A DNA stretch of 63,878 nt, counting the filler. It is 9 parts of 9 records of this genome, joined end to end, with 100 filler letters (N's around TTAATTAATTAA, not from the genome) between each part and the next. Parts side by side here need not be neighbours in the genome. Positions count along the whole stretch, not along the records: positions 1 to 8,233 come from SRR31147125_80662; positions 8,334 to 14,123 come from SRR31147125_80680; 7 more parts are not named here. One strand, 5' to 3'. Positions 1 to 11,231 of this stretch are shown piece by piece (the first letter of the stretch is position 1; each line of letters begins with the position of its first letter). The notes under the pieces are model-generated. The model was not told the origin of the DNA and made no database searches. It saw only the letters and a list, made by a program, of their open reading frames with translations. Made by a program: the position numbers and the translations under genes.

Positions 1-18
1 AAAAAAGGGAAAGAGATT

Positions 19-881
19 ATGAAATCATCAGAACTAAAAAAAGAAAAGCCGCATGGGCAGGGCAGTTTTATCCTGGTCAGCGGGACGAACTTGAAAATCA
101 AATCCAGGAATATTTCGATCTCGTTCCTTTTTTACAATTGAATGGCGATATATTAGGATTAATTGCACCACACGCCGGCTACAAGTATTCCGGTAAAACA
201 GCGGCTGCCGCTTATAAGCAACTTTGTAATTCTTTATTTAAAACGGTTATCGTGCTTGCTCCCAGTCATTCCGAGCTTTTTCCCGGGGCTTCTGTGTATA
301 ATGGGGATAGATATGAGACTCCCCTCGGTGATGTTGTGGTAAATAAATCGCTGGCAGAATCGATTGCTTCCTATTCATCCAGCATTACATTATCAAGCCA
401 GGGACACAATTATATTCGGGGAGATCATCCTGAGCATGCTTTGGAAGTACAACTGCCTTTTTTACAAATGGCACTTAAAAAGGACCTGGAAATTGTTCCA
501 ATCGTTTTTCATGATTATCGGTTAGAAAATTGCAAGATTCTCGCTGAAGCCATTGCCAATGCATCTGATGGAGAACCGATTCTTGTTGTTGCCAGTTCGG
601 ATCTTTACCACGGTTATTCCTATGAGGATTGTCAGGAAATGGACAGTCGAACTATTGCAGCTATTGAAGCATTAAACGGTGAACAATTTTGTCAGAATGC
701 TCGAAAGGGTTACTTGCAGGCATGTGGAGCCGGGCCGATAGCCACAATGCTCATGGTGAGTGCAGAGAGAGGTGCCACAAATGCACTTGTTGTGGATAGA
801 ACAAACTCAGCGGATACATCAGGTATCAGTGAGGGTTGGACTGTTGGCTATGCTTCTATTCTTGTGATAAAATCTTTTTAA
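19..881 (+). CDS. amrB: AmmeMemoRadiSam system protein B (MEMO1 family); probable homopolymer frameshift near the start
   Basis: Motifs RKAAWAGQFYP (in frame upstream of the ORF at 138), PHAGYKYSG, EHALEVQLPFLQ, ASSDLYH, ACGAGP, VGYASI. The ATG at 19 is out of frame by one base across the A7 run at 36-42. Confidence 0.88.
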
Positions 882-938
882 CCAAAAATCTGAGAATGAT
901 ATTTATTTGGAAAATGAATAAAACGTGAAAGTGGGAAA

Positions 939-1847
939 ATGGAGGAAAGAATCGGTATTATAGGTGCCGGACGTTTGGGCTCCAGCCTGGCGCGTGCGTT
1001 TTGTGAAGCAGGTTGTCAGGTCATTGCTATCAGTGATCGTATGGATTCGGTTGCAAAAGTGTGTGCCGCCCAATGCGATGAGAACACTCGAGCCTACAGC
1101 ATTGACGATTTGCCGACAGATTTAAGTGTTTTAATTCTCTCCGTACCTGATGATGAAATTGGTAATGTGGTCAAAAGGTTATCGTACACGCTAAAGATAT
1201 CAGAAAATACGATTATTGCACACACATCTGGTGCATTGGTGTCCGATATTCTGTTCCCATTAAGGGAGACAACCCGTAATCTGGCGTCAATGCATCCAAT
1301 ACAGACCTTTTCCGGTTCAAGAGATGATTGGAAGTTACTATTTGGGCTTAGTTATGGACTGGAAGGCGATAGAGAATCCTTGCGGCGGCTCGAAATTTTG
1401 TTGAAAAAGCTAAAGGGAAAGGTATTTATTATACCTAAAAATAAAAAGGCACTTTATCATCTAAGCTGTGTTTTTGCATCTAACCTCATGCTTGGAGTAG
1501 AGGCGGCATCCATAAAAATAATGGAACATATCGGATTTAGTGAGAGTGAGTCTTTTCAATTGCTGGAACCACTTATCACAGCGACTATTGAAAATATAAA
1601 AAAGACTGGCCCGGTAAAAGCACTGACAGGGCCGGTGGCGCGTGGAGATTTAGGAACTGTGTCTCAACACCTGGATGAGTTGGGAAATTTGTTTCCGGAT
1701 CTTTTACCGGTTTACGTCGTACTTTCGCAATATTTGGTGAATCTGTCCATCATGCAAAAGAAAGCAGATCCACAGAATTTGAAAGAAATAAGTGACCTTT
1801 TACGAAAGAGCGATAACAAGATAACGGAAAAGCAGGTCAGGGAATGA
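939..1847 (+). CDS. Rossmann-like + DUF2520 domain oxidoreductase (PanG-like)
   Basis: N-terminal IGAGRLG, then HTSGA, SMHPIQTF, KALYH and ALTGPVARGD motifs typical of DUF2520 proteins. Confidence 0.85.
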   Translation: MEERIGIIGAGRLGSSLARAFCEAGCQVIAISDRMDSVAKVCAAQCDENTRAYSIDDLPTDLSVLILSVPDDEIGNVVKRLSYTLKISENTIIAHTSGALVSDILFPLRETTRNLASMHPIQTFSGSRDDWKLLFGLSYGLEGDRESLRRLEILLKKLKGKVFIIPKNKKALYHLSCVFASNLMLGVEAASIKIMEHIGFSESESFQLLEPLITATIENIKKTGPVKALTGPVARGDLGTVSQHLDELGNLFPDLLPVYVVLSQYLVNLSIMQKKADPQNLKEISDLLRKSDNKITEKQVRE

Positions 1848-2692
1848 ATATTCAGCTCGATTTCAAAAATGTAAGTTACCGCTACACCGGTATTGGCGCA
1901 TCAGATCAATTTGTACTGAAGGACATAAATTTAACTCTTGGTAAAAACGAGTGCACAGCCATTGTCGGACATAGTGGTTCCGGAAAAACGACATTAATAC
2001 AACATTTTACCGGATTGTTAAAACCCTCTTGTGGAGAAATTTGTGTTGATGGATTAAATATTTGGTCCTCCAAATATAAAATAGCTCAACTCAGAAGAAG
2101 AATAGGTATCGTTTTTCAATTTCCAGAGACGCAATTGTTTGAAGTCACTGTTGATAAAGATGTTAGCTTTGGTCCTAAAAATCTGGGTCTTGAGGGAGAA
2201 GAGATTCAAATCCGGGTACGAAAAGCTCTGGAAACGGTTGAATTAGATCCGGCGGTATTTGCTGAAAGATCACCTTTTAACTTGAGTGAAGGGGAGAAAA
2301 GGCGAGTTGCCATTGCAGGTGTACTTGCAATGGATTCCGAGATGGTCGTACTGGACGAACCAGTTGCCGGGCTGGACCCCAGAGGTATAGAGCTTATGAA
2401 ATCCATTTTTCGTACGCTGGTAAAGGCGGGCAAATCTATTGTTGTGATTACACATAATATGGATTTTGTCGCCGAGATTTGTAACCGTGCAATTGTGCTT
2501 TCAAATGGAACCATTTTATACGATGGTTTTCCCCGACAGTTGTTTTCAAATGAAGAAATTATGCAAAAATCCGGATTGGAAGTCCCTTCATTTATACTCG
2601 CATTAAAAGAATTCTCCAATATTATTCCACCAGATTTGGCTGATGCTATAACCATACCGGAATTATCGCAACGATTACGAAATTTGAATTAG
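1844..2692 (+). CDS. ecfA2: Energy-coupling factor (ECF) transporter ATPase, EcfA2-like
   Basis: Walker A GHSGSGKT, VFQFPETQLFE, SPFNLSEGEKRRVAIAGVLAM, LDEP, ITHNMD. Start overlaps the upstream stop (ATGA). Confidence 0.88.
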   Translation: MNIQLDFKNVSYRYTGIGASDQFVLKDINLTLGKNECTAIVGHSGSGKTTLIQHFTGLLKPSCGEICVDGLNIWSSKYKIAQLRRRIGIVFQFPETQLFEVTVDKDVSFGPKNLGLEGEEIQIRVRKALETVELDPAVFAERSPFNLSEGEKRRVAIAGVLAMDSEMVVLDEPVAGLDPRGIELMKSIFRTLVKAGKSIVVITHNMDFVAEICNRAIVLSNGTILYDGFPRQLFSNEEIMQKSGLEVPSFILALKEFSNIIPPDLADAITIPELSQRLRNLN

Positions 2693-2933
2693 ATTTTATT
2701 TAAATATTGTTACATATTTGTAATAAGTGAATTTGTATGTATACTAAGATACAAAATTGAAATAAGGCTGGCATTTGCAGTAAAAACATTAACTTTCTGA
2801 ATTGTAATTACTGCATTTTTGATGGTGATAGTTACAAATATGTAATAAAAGCTTGCTTTTTAGGTTTTTTATTATTAAAAGTAAGGATAATATTGTAATA
2901 ACAATATTGAACTTAGGGCACGAAGTGAATTTG

Positions 2934-2949
2934 TGGCAAGTTCTTTGCA
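2934..2949 (+). promoter_or_regulatory. Putative sigma54 (-24/-12) promoter of the activator gene
   Basis: TGGCAA-GTTCT-TTGCA has the exact GG-N10-GC spacing, about 65 nt upstream of the ATG at 3015. Confidence 0.65.
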
Positions 2950-3014
2950 TGATACTTTACAAGTACTTGTAAATAATTAGGGATGGAAAGGGAAAAAGGA
3001 GGTGTAAACCTATC

Positions 3015-4106
3015 ATGAATAATACAGATTTTCAAAAAGATGTAGAATTTATGGAAGCCAATGATGATGTTCTTGATCAAATTCAACCATCATATGGGAA
3101 TTTATCAGGATTTGAGCTGTATTATCCAAAGGTAAGCCGAAATCAAGAGATACGTAAGGTTTATTCACTGATTAAAAAAATTGCCAAGAGTAATGCCTCT
3201 GTGTTGATTCAGGGGGAAACCGGAACAGGTAAAGAGTTAATTGCCGGTGCTATTCAGGCTCAAAGTCTTCGGGCAAATAAGCCATACGTGACGGTTAATT
3301 GTGCTGCTCTGCATGAAAATTTGCTCGAGAGCGAGCTTTTCGGACATGAAAAGGGTGCTTTTACCGGTGCCATTTCAACGCATTCCGGCAAGTTTGAACA
3401 AGCCGATGGCGGGACCCTGTTTCTGGATGAGATTGGTGATATGCATCCTTCGACTCAGGCAAAGATTCTAAGAGTGTTACAGGAACAGAGTTTTAATCGG
3501 GTTGGCGGGCACAAAACAATTAATGTGGATGTTCGAATCATTGCAGCTACAAATAAAGATCTGTGGCAGGAAATGGAAAAAGGCAATTTTCGGGCGGATT
3601 TGTATTACAGACTGAATGTTGTTACGCTACATATTCCTCCTTTACGGGAGAGAAAAGAAGATGTCCCTTTGCTGGCAGAATATTTTCGACGTAAATTCAA
3701 AGCGGAGCTCAAAAAGAATGCTGGTGAATTTACTGAGGAAACGTTAGACCTTTTAACGAATCATTCCTGGCAGGGAAATATACGTGAATTAAGGAATATT
3801 ATCGAGCGGGCAGTTCTGGTGGTATCAGAAGGTAAACCTGTAACGCCAAAACACCTGGCTATGACAGGGAAGGATTATTTTGCGGCTGGTGGACGGGACA
3901 GGCGAAGTGAAAATCGAACCGCGACTGATTTTAAAACATTGAATCTCGAAAAGCTGGAGAGACAAGCTATTATCGTTGCCCTGCAACGAACGAACTGGAT
4001 TCAAAAGGATGCTGCCGAACTATTACATATTTCACCCAGATCTCTTAATTATAAAATCACACAGCACAATATCACATATCAAGGATGGAGACGAAACGCG
4101 ACCTGA
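3015..4106 (+). CDS. Sigma54-dependent enhancer-binding protein (AAA+ plus Fis-type HTH) with no N-terminal sensory domain
   Basis: [51 protein letters not shown] and a C-terminal HTH. Only about 40 aa precede the AAA+ domain. Confidence 0.92.
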   Translation: MNNTDFQKDVEFMEANDDVLDQIQPSYGNLSGFELYYPKVSRNQEIRKVYSLIKKIAKSNASVLIQGETGTGKELIAGAIQAQSLRANKPYVTVNCAALHENLLESELFGHEKGAFTGAISTHSGKFEQADGGTLFLDEIGDMHPSTQAKILRVLQEQSFNRVGGHKTINVDVRIIAATNKDLWQEMEKGNFRADLYYRLNVVTLHIPPLRERKEDVPLLAEYFRRKFKAELKKNAGEFTEETLDLLTNHSWQGNIRELRNIIERAVLVVSEGKPVTPKHLAMTGKDYFAAGGRDRRSENRTATDFKTLNLEKLERQAIIVALQRTNWIQKDAAELLHISPRSLNYKITQHNITYQGWRRNAT

Positions 4107-4163
4107 TATGTTTTGAGTTACTCAGGAAAAAAACCTTGAGAAATTTAAAAATATTTTACGATT

Positions 4164-4200
4164 AGAGCCCTGTGTTGTTTAAGCAGGGCTTTAATTTTTT
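4164..4200 (+). terminator. Probable intrinsic terminator
   Basis: AGAGCCCTG...CAGGGCTTT stem followed by a T-rich tract after the activator stop. Confidence 0.6.
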
Positions 4201-4351
4201 ATTCCATTCCTCCACATGAAATGGTCCCACCTGTTTTATATTACGTTTTAGTAATAGCAACGGCAAAAGTTGTTACTCGTTAATTTTACCCTGAAATATG
4301 ATTCTTTCTTAACTGTTTATAAATAATCCACATATGGCCGAGTTGACAGTG

Positions 4352-4367
4352 TGGCACAACCTTTGAT
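4352..4367 (+). promoter_or_regulatory. Putative sigma54 promoter of the large repeat protein
   Basis: TGGCAC-AACCT-TTGAT: perfect -24 box, with TTGA instead of TTGC at -12. Confidence 0.5.
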
Positions 4368-4444
4368 AGACAAGTGAATGATAGCTTGTTTAAAATGGAA
4401 AAGGAAGAATATAAACACAACAAGAGGGTCAGAGGTAGAATTTT

Positions 4445-7400
4445 ATGAGTTCAAGGGTTGATGGGTGTATGTTTCGTATCAAGGTCATTTTACTTTTTTC
4501 ACTGTTCATCTGGAGACCTGTCTTTTCAGGTGAAGTCACAGTGAGTTGGGGTGAAAATAAAGAGGCTGATTTGGCAGGTTACAAAATATATTATGGTACT
4601 GATTCCAGAAATTATAGCGATAATATCGATGTTGGTCTGACGACGACACACACGTTAACAGGTTTGAACTATAACACGGAATACTTTTTCTCAGTCACTG
4701 CTTATGATACTCTGAAAAATGAGAGCGATTACTCGTCTGAGCTTTGTGCTATATTAGGTGATGAACAACCTTTGGAAGTCAGTTCCGTGACACCACTCAG
4801 TTCCTTCATGATTCGGATCATATTTAATAAAAAGGTAGATTCTCGATCCGCTCAGAATATTGAAAATTACAAAATTGATAATGATGTTACTGTTAATACC
4901 GTCACTATGATGGAAGATCAAAAAACAATTCATCTGGCGACAACCATACATAATAAAGATAAACAGTACTCGGTCACAGTCAATAATGTGAAGGATATTT
5001 CAATACCTGCTAATACAATTGCAGCAAACTCTTCAGTGAGCTATTCTTTTCCGGATCAGGATGTAGATACGACGCCACCGACGATTTCCCTTGTCAATAT
5101 CGTCTCCAATGATATGTTGTCAGTTTATTTCAGCGAACCGGTTGATGTAAATTCCGCAACTAGTAAAAACAACTACACTATAACGAACGGTATAAATATA
5201 CTGTCTGCTGAAATGGGATCCAATTCCAATATTGTTAATCTTTATACAGAAAATCATGAGAGCGGTCAGTTCTATTCTTTAACTGTTAACAATATTCTGG
5301 ATGCATCGGCAAACAGAAATGAAATAGCCGCAAACAGCAGTTATTCCTACACATGGGAACCGGGTGATATTGTTGGCCCGACTATCTCACTTGTCAGTTT
5401 GACCCAGATAGATCAGATCGATGTGTTGTTTAATGAAACGTTGGATAGGGAAACAGCTGAAGAGCCGAGCCATTACCGTATTACGGGTGGTATCGATGTT
5501 TTATCAGCCAGTCTGGATTCATCAGAACGGATTGTTCGGCTTGAAACGACTTTTCATGAACCGGACAAAATATATATTTTAAATATCCGGGACTTGACGG
5601 ACAATAGCACGAACAAAAATATCATTCAGCCAAATTCTTCCTATACATATCTTTATGAACCTGCCGACCGTACCGGGCCCATTATTGCCAGAGTAGACAT
5701 TGCTGATAAAGAGCATATCCGAATTCATTTTAATGAAATGGTGGACCGGACGAGTGCAGAGAATATCAATAATTATCAGTTAAATGAGGGTGTTGTTGTA
5801 AAAAGTGCTCTGCTGGATGTCACAGGCAAGGTTGTCGATCTGCAAACGACACCCCATAAAAACGGAACCCTGAACGTACTTTTAGTAAATGGTGTCAAGG
5901 ATGCCTCCGGGCTTGGTAATGAAATTTTACCGAATAGTTCTTATACATATGTTTTCGGGACAACAGACGTGAATGCCGGTCCCACATTGGTACAGGTGGC
6001 TGTTTTAAACTCAACAACTCTTACTGTTCAATTCAGCGAAAAGGTCAAGACAAATAGTGCACAGGATGTGACAAATTACTTTATCAACAGGGATGTTTCT
6101 GTTATTTCAGCTGATCTTGATGAAAATGGTGTAGAGGTAATTTTAACAACCTCAGGTATGAAGGCAGAGGATATTTATATTTTAACGGTAAACAATATAC
6201 AGGATGAATATGGTTATCAAATCCTGGCTAACAGTTCATATAGTTATATATATGAGGGTGAAGACACTGTTGGGCCAACTGTAACCTTAGTGGAATTAAA
6301 TGATGCCGAGCACATAGTTGTATTGTTTAATGAAAAGCTTTCTCAGGCGGAAGCAGAGAATATTAACAATTATTCCATAACCGGTAATATTAGCATCCTG
6401 GATGCCCGTTTGGATGGATCAAGACGAATTGTCCATTTAACGACATCTCCACATGCCACGAATAAACTTTACATACTCTTGATGAACAATATTGTTGATG
6501 AAAGTCAGAATTCTATTCTCAATAATACGAGTTATGCCTATCTTTATGAATCTTTGGATGATCTTCCTCCAATAATCGCCAATGTAAATGTGATTGATCA
6601 ACAACATCTTTCAATAACCTTTAATGAACCGGTTGACCACATTACGGCTACTGACGTATCCTTTTATTCACTGAATAATGATGCCACGGTTAAATCCGCC
6701 GAGGTTGGAGTGACTCCCAATGTTATCGAACTTACAACATCGTTCCTGGAGTATGGCAAGATATATATACTAATGGTGAACAATGTTCGCGATGAATTTG
6801 ATAATGAAATAGTACCAAATAGTGCTTATGCTTTTACTTATGGTCAATTTCGCTTTGATGTGCCACCCACTATTACCAGTGTGCGAGCACTTGATTCGGA
6901 AAAAGTGGAAGTTGCTTTTAATATGAAGGTGGATAAAAGCACAGCTGAACTGGTTAGTAATTATTCATTAGGTGAAGATATTCAGGTTATAACCGCAGAA
7001 TTGGATACATCCTTTACAAAAGTTGTGCTAGAGACAACACCTCATGAGAATGGCAAAATCTATGTTTTAATGGCACAAAATATAGGACGATATGATGATC
7101 CCACGCTGATCATTTCACCTTACTCACCTTATTTTTATATCTATGAGGATGAATCTGCTTCTCAGGTTTCCGTCCTTGATATAAAAGTATTGGCGGAAAC
7201 ATTGATTGAAATCACCTATTCGAAAGTTGTTGACCGGCTATCTGCTGAGAATCGGAATAATTACGAGATAGACAATAATATAGCTATTTTCGCCGCTGAG
7301 CTGGATGCGACGGGCCGCAAGGTTGTGCTTGAAACGTCCAGACACAAGTCTGGTTTGGCATATACAATGAAAATTACCCAGGTTAGAAGTAAACTTGAAG

Positions 7401-8233
7401 GTTACAATTTTTCAGTAGTCAATAGCACACGAGCATTTACATATTTACCAAGTTTGCAGGTTGAAATAGAATCGAATGCCGAAACCAGTATGTCTTATCT
7501 TGAGGTTGGACAAGAATATTATGTGGATCGAAATTATCTTATTACAGAGGTGCCTGAAAATCTTTACCGTGCGCGAATGATTATGACCAGTAACAATGAT
7601 AAGAATAACAACTATTCCGGTTATGTGACCATAAACCTGAGTCAGGCAGCTTTCGTTTATATAGCTTACGATTCCAGAGCCCTGACAGTACCGAATTGGT
7701 TATACGCTGATTTCTCTAAAACTGAAATGAAAATAGGTGTTACAGAAAATTCAGAATATCTGGAGCTATGGCAAGGTTATTTTCCGGCCGGACCTTTGGT
7801 GCTGGGTGGTAATAATTCAACTGGCGCACGAGGTGCCGGGTGCATGTATGTTGTTCTGATTCAAGAGCCCGCCTTTGGCACATCGCCAGGAGGAGAACTG
7901 GAAGGCAGTTATGGCAATAAAAATACGACCCCCAACTCCGTCGATTTGTTGCCCAACTATCCGAATCCATTTAATCCTCGAACAACCATATCGTTCGATC
8001 TTCCATTTGACAGGTATGTAAAACTGGTCGTTTATAATATTTTAGGTCGCAGGGTTAAAACCCTGTTTGATTCTTTTGCTTCTGCCGGACAGCACCATGT
8101 TATATGGAATGGTGATAATATGGATGGTATTCCGGTGACCTCAGGCATTTATTTTTACCGGCTGGAAACCTGGGATGATTCGGAACGGAATGGATTGCCC
8201 TTTCGAGAGAATGTTGTCACTATTACAAGAAAA
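4445..8233 (+). CDS. Large secreted protein: FN3 domain, nine ~100-aa Ig-like repeats, an extra beta domain and a FlgD-Ig/T9SS-like C-terminal domain (3' end truncated; start may be 4469)
   Basis: Hydrophobic signal peptide; FN3 motif VSW...DLAGYKIYYG; nine repeats of P.I..V...V.F.E.VD..SA...NY; C-terminal NYPNPFNPRTTISFDLP...SGIYFYRL. Confidence 0.85.
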
Positions 8234-8333
8234 NNNNNNNNNNNNNNNNNNNNNNNNNNNNNNNNNNNNNNNNNNNNTTAATTAATTAANNNNNNNNNNN
8301 NNNNNNNNNNNNNNNNNNNNNNNNNNNNNNNNN
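8234..8333. other. Artificial contig spacer (N-run, TTAATTAATTAA, N-run). Identical spacers at 14124-14223, 22557-22656, 28141-28240, 37969-38068, 45340-45439, 51622-51721 and 58476-58575
   Basis: Eight identical 100-nt linkers carrying a six-frame stop cassette. Base composition and gene content change abruptly at each one. Confidence 0.98.
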
Positions 8334-8406
8334 CCTCCTCACTCAGTGTGAGACGGATACCCTCGAGGATAACCTTTTCATCATCGATAACGACTATATG
8401 GGCCAT
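8334..8406 (-). CDS. Response regulator, N-terminal fragment (truncated by contig end)
   Basis: The minus strand reads MAHIVVIDDEKVILEGIRLTLSEE, the start of a receiver domain. Confidence 0.75.
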
Positions 8407-8415
8407 TCAGATCAA

Positions 8416-8784
8416 TTAACGATACGTTTCGGCAATGTTTGCCACGATAGCGAGCAGTTCGTCCTCCGAGAATGGTTTCGGGAGGAAATCCACGGCACCG
8501 AGCTTCATCGAGTTGATAGCGTTTTGTACCGTGGCGTACCCGCTCATGACGATGACATGCCGTGTCTGTTTGCCGTTCACCACCTTGAGCAGTTCAAACC
8601 CGTCCTTGTCCGGTAATTTCAGGTCTAACAAAACTAGATCATACCTGTTCCTGAGTATGGCTTCAATACCTTCTCCGCAGGTTGTCCGCGTTTCTACGTC
8701 GTGTCCCATATCCGAGAGAATCATGGAGCATCCCTGGCAGATAATCGGTTCGTCGTCAACAACGAGAATACTCATGGGTTGCAT
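8416..8784 (-). CDS. Single-domain response regulator (receiver)
   Basis: ILVVDDEP...LVLLDLKLP...VMSGYAT...FLPKPF; GGGAGA RBS upstream of the ATG at 8784. Confidence 0.88.
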   Translation of the reverse strand: MQPMSILVVDDEPIICQGCSMILSDMGHDVETRTTCGEGIEAILRNRYDLVLLDLKLPDKDGFELLKVVNGKQTRHVIVMSGYATVQNAINSMKLGAVDFLPKPFSEDELLAIVANIAETYR

Positions 8785-8806
8785 GGCAAGAGTCTCTCCC
8801 TGGCAG

Positions 8807-10024
8807 TCAGTTGTCAAGATTCCGGTAGGGGATCTCCACCTTGAACCGGGCGCCGCCGTCTGATCCGTTTTCAACCAGAATCTGGCCCCCGTGCTTGCGG
8901 ATAATTCCGTAGCTGACGGAGAGACCAAGTCCGGTCCCTGTTGATTTCGTAGAGTAAAAGGGGTCAAAAATTTTATCTATTTCCTGTTCTGGAATACCCG
9001 GGCCGTTATCGCTGAACTCCACCGTCACCAATCCGTCGTCATCGTTTTTACTGCTGGTGATCTCGATACGGCCTCCGTTGTCCAGCGCTTCGACGCAATT
9101 GATCAGCAGGTTAACGAAAACCTGTTCCAGCTGGTTGCCGTCGACCATGATCAGGGGAAGATCCTGTGCCAGGTTATTCTCGACGTCCACCCGATTGAGG
9201 AGAAACTCGTTCTCCAGGATAGCAAGCGATTTCTCGACAATGTCGTGAATGATGTACGGATCTTTTTGCGGTTCCCGTTCCCGTGAAAAGTCGAGGAGTT
9301 CCTGGATGATTTTCCGGCACCGGATCGTTTCGTGAATGATGATGTCGAGTCCATCGCGTATCTGGCTGCCTTCCTCAGTTTTTTTGGCAAGGTTGGAGCT
9401 GTACAACAGGATGCCGGCAAGGGGGTTGTTGATTTCGTGAGCAATACCGGCAGCCAGGCGGCCGAGGGAGGACAGCTTATCCGTCTGGAGGGCAAGCTGG
9501 TTGTACTTCAGCTCATGCTCCTCGATGATTCTGGCTTTGCTGAGCGCGCAGGAGCACTGTTCGGCAATAGCAACCATGAAGTTGAGTTCATCATCCGAGA
9601 AGACGCGGACTTCGGCAAAATAAACACGCAGGATTCCGAGGGCCTGGATGCCGATGGTAAGGGGAACATCGATGATGCAACGGATTCCTTCCCGCTCAGC
9701 CTCACGAGCATACTGGAGCCTGTCGCTGTTGAGAATATCGTCGATGATGATTGCCCGGTTCTGGCGACAGAGATCGGTGATGATGTTGGGATTTAAACGA
9801 GGGCCCTTCTTGAGGTAATTCCTGCCGATACCATAGGCCGCGCTCAGTTCAAGCTCGTCGGTTTCTGTGTTGAGGAGACGGAAAATGGCTCCCTTGGCGC
9901 TCACGGTCTCGGACATCTTCCAGACGACGATATTCATCAACTCCTCGGTGTCCGGGGTGGAGTGGACGATGGAAATCATCTCACGGAACGCATCATAAAA
10001 ACGACGAAAGTTGGAACCTGGCAT
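8807..10024 (-). CDS. GAF-domain sensor histidine kinase
   Basis: GAF-like N-terminus; H-box AAGIAHEINNPL; N-box QVFVNLLIN; DNGPGI, FDPFYSTK, GTGLGL. Confidence 0.92.
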   Translation of the reverse strand: MPGSNFRRFYDAFREMISIVHSTPDTEELMNIVVWKMSETVSAKGAIFRLLNTETDELELSAAYGIGRNYLKKGPRLNPNIITDLCRQNRAIIIDDILNSDRLQYAREAEREGIRCIIDVPLTIGIQALGILRVYFAEVRVFSDDELNFMVAIAEQCSCALSKARIIEEHELKYNQLALQTDKLSSLGRLAAGIAHEINNPLAGILLYSSNLAKKTEEGSQIRDGLDIIIHETIRCRKIIQELLDFSREREPQKDPYIIHDIVEKSLAILENEFLLNRVDVENNLAQDLPLIMVDGNQLEQVFVNLLINCVEALDNGGRIEITSSKNDDDGLVTVEFSDNGPGIPEQEIDKIFDPFYSTKSTGTGLGLSVSYGIIRKHGGQILVENGSDGGARFKVEIPYRNLDN

Positions 10025-10103
10025 ATTTTTCTCCCACTATTCTGAGATCGTACCTTCTTTTGTAGCTATGCTCAATTACTCTTAAGGGAACCTTGAAATA
10101 ACA

Positions 10104-10119
10104 TGCACATTTTATGCCG
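10104..10119 (-). promoter_or_regulatory. Possible sigma54 promoter for the kinase/regulator operon
   Basis: Minus-strand CGGCAT-AAAAT-GTGCA with GG-N10-GC spacing, about 80 nt upstream of the kinase start. Confidence 0.4.
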
Positions 10120-10326
10120 ACGGGTATCTGTCTGAAATGACATAACTTGCTATGATCTTTCCAGGCAGATAGTATTGACTATCCCGGATCTAACGCCGTT
10201 GTGAATGAAAATATGCCTTGACCTGGTATGCAGACTAATGCAACGGTTGCAGACGGAGGCCGATATGGCCGGGAATGTATTCACGGTTCCCATGAGTCCG
10301 GTAACTTTCAATGGCGGATTGAGTAA

Positions 10327-11231
10327 ATGAAAACCCTGCATATCAGAATAAAAACAGACGAGCTGCTGGTCGATGCGCTCAGTGACTATCTGGTTGGCGT
10401 GCACGATGCGGTCACCGAGTTCAGTGTGGACGATGACGGGAGCGGTTCTCTACTCCAGGCATTTGTCGAAAAGGATACGGGAGATGAGCAGGTCATCGCG
10501 GAGCTGGGGGCGCAGATTACGTCATTTGCGAACGAGCTGGCGGACATTTTTTCCTGCGGTGTTCCCGAGGTCTCGGTCGAACTTCTTGAAGACGATGATT
10601 GGGCGGAGAACTGGAAAGCATACTTCAAACCGTTTGAGATTGTTGACGGGCTGGTGATCGCACCGACCTGGGAGGAGTATGTCCCTCGGGGGGAGAACAG
10701 GTGATCGTGATGGACCCCGGCATGGCTTTTGGAACGGGGCACCATGCCACCACCCGGCTCTGCCTGGAGTTGATGAAGGGGGCGCTGCCTCCCGGGGGCG
10801 GGGTGCTCGATGTCGGAACCGGAACCGGTATCCTGGCGATGGCGGCGCTGTTGTGGGGAGCCTCCGGTACGGTCGCGATCGACAATGACGGGGAGGCGGT
10901 ATCGGCCGCGCGGACCAACGCGGAGCGCAACGGCCTGACCGATCGAATGGAGGTCTCGGACAAACCGATCGCCGCACTGCACGGGACCTTCGATCTGGTT
11001 ATTGCCAATATCGTTCACGATGTGCTGGCCGAGCTTGCCGATCATCTTGCTGATGCTGCGACAGATGGCGGTCTGGTGCTGCTGTCGGGGCTGATTACCG
11101 GGGAACAGAGCAGCAATCTGGAACGGATTTTCGTAGGTACAGGCTTCGAGTTGAAGCAGCAGCTCGCCGAGGATCAGTGGTGTGCGTTGCTGTTCCAGAA
11201 ACGGGGAGAGCAGAGGGCAGAAAGCGGATGA
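10327..11231 (+). CDS. prmA: Ribosomal protein L11 methyltransferase (frameshift at the G6 run 10688-10693)
   Basis: DDDWAENWKAYFKPF in the first ORF; DPGMAFGTGHHATT, LDVGTGTGILA and VIANI in the second. Confidence 0.93.

Noticed and set aside
2769-2780. TGGCATTTGCA as a third sigma54 promoter
   Set aside because: The GG-to-GC spacing is far too short.
8234-8333. Recurrent TTAATTAATTAA motif in N-runs as a biological repeat
   Set aside because: It is an identical artificial linker with stops in all six frames. Gene neighbourhoods across linkers are meaningless.
10688-10693. Programmed frameshift or phase variation in prmA and other genes
   Set aside because: The same defect occurs in many unrelated contigs, so homopolymer sequencing error is more likely.
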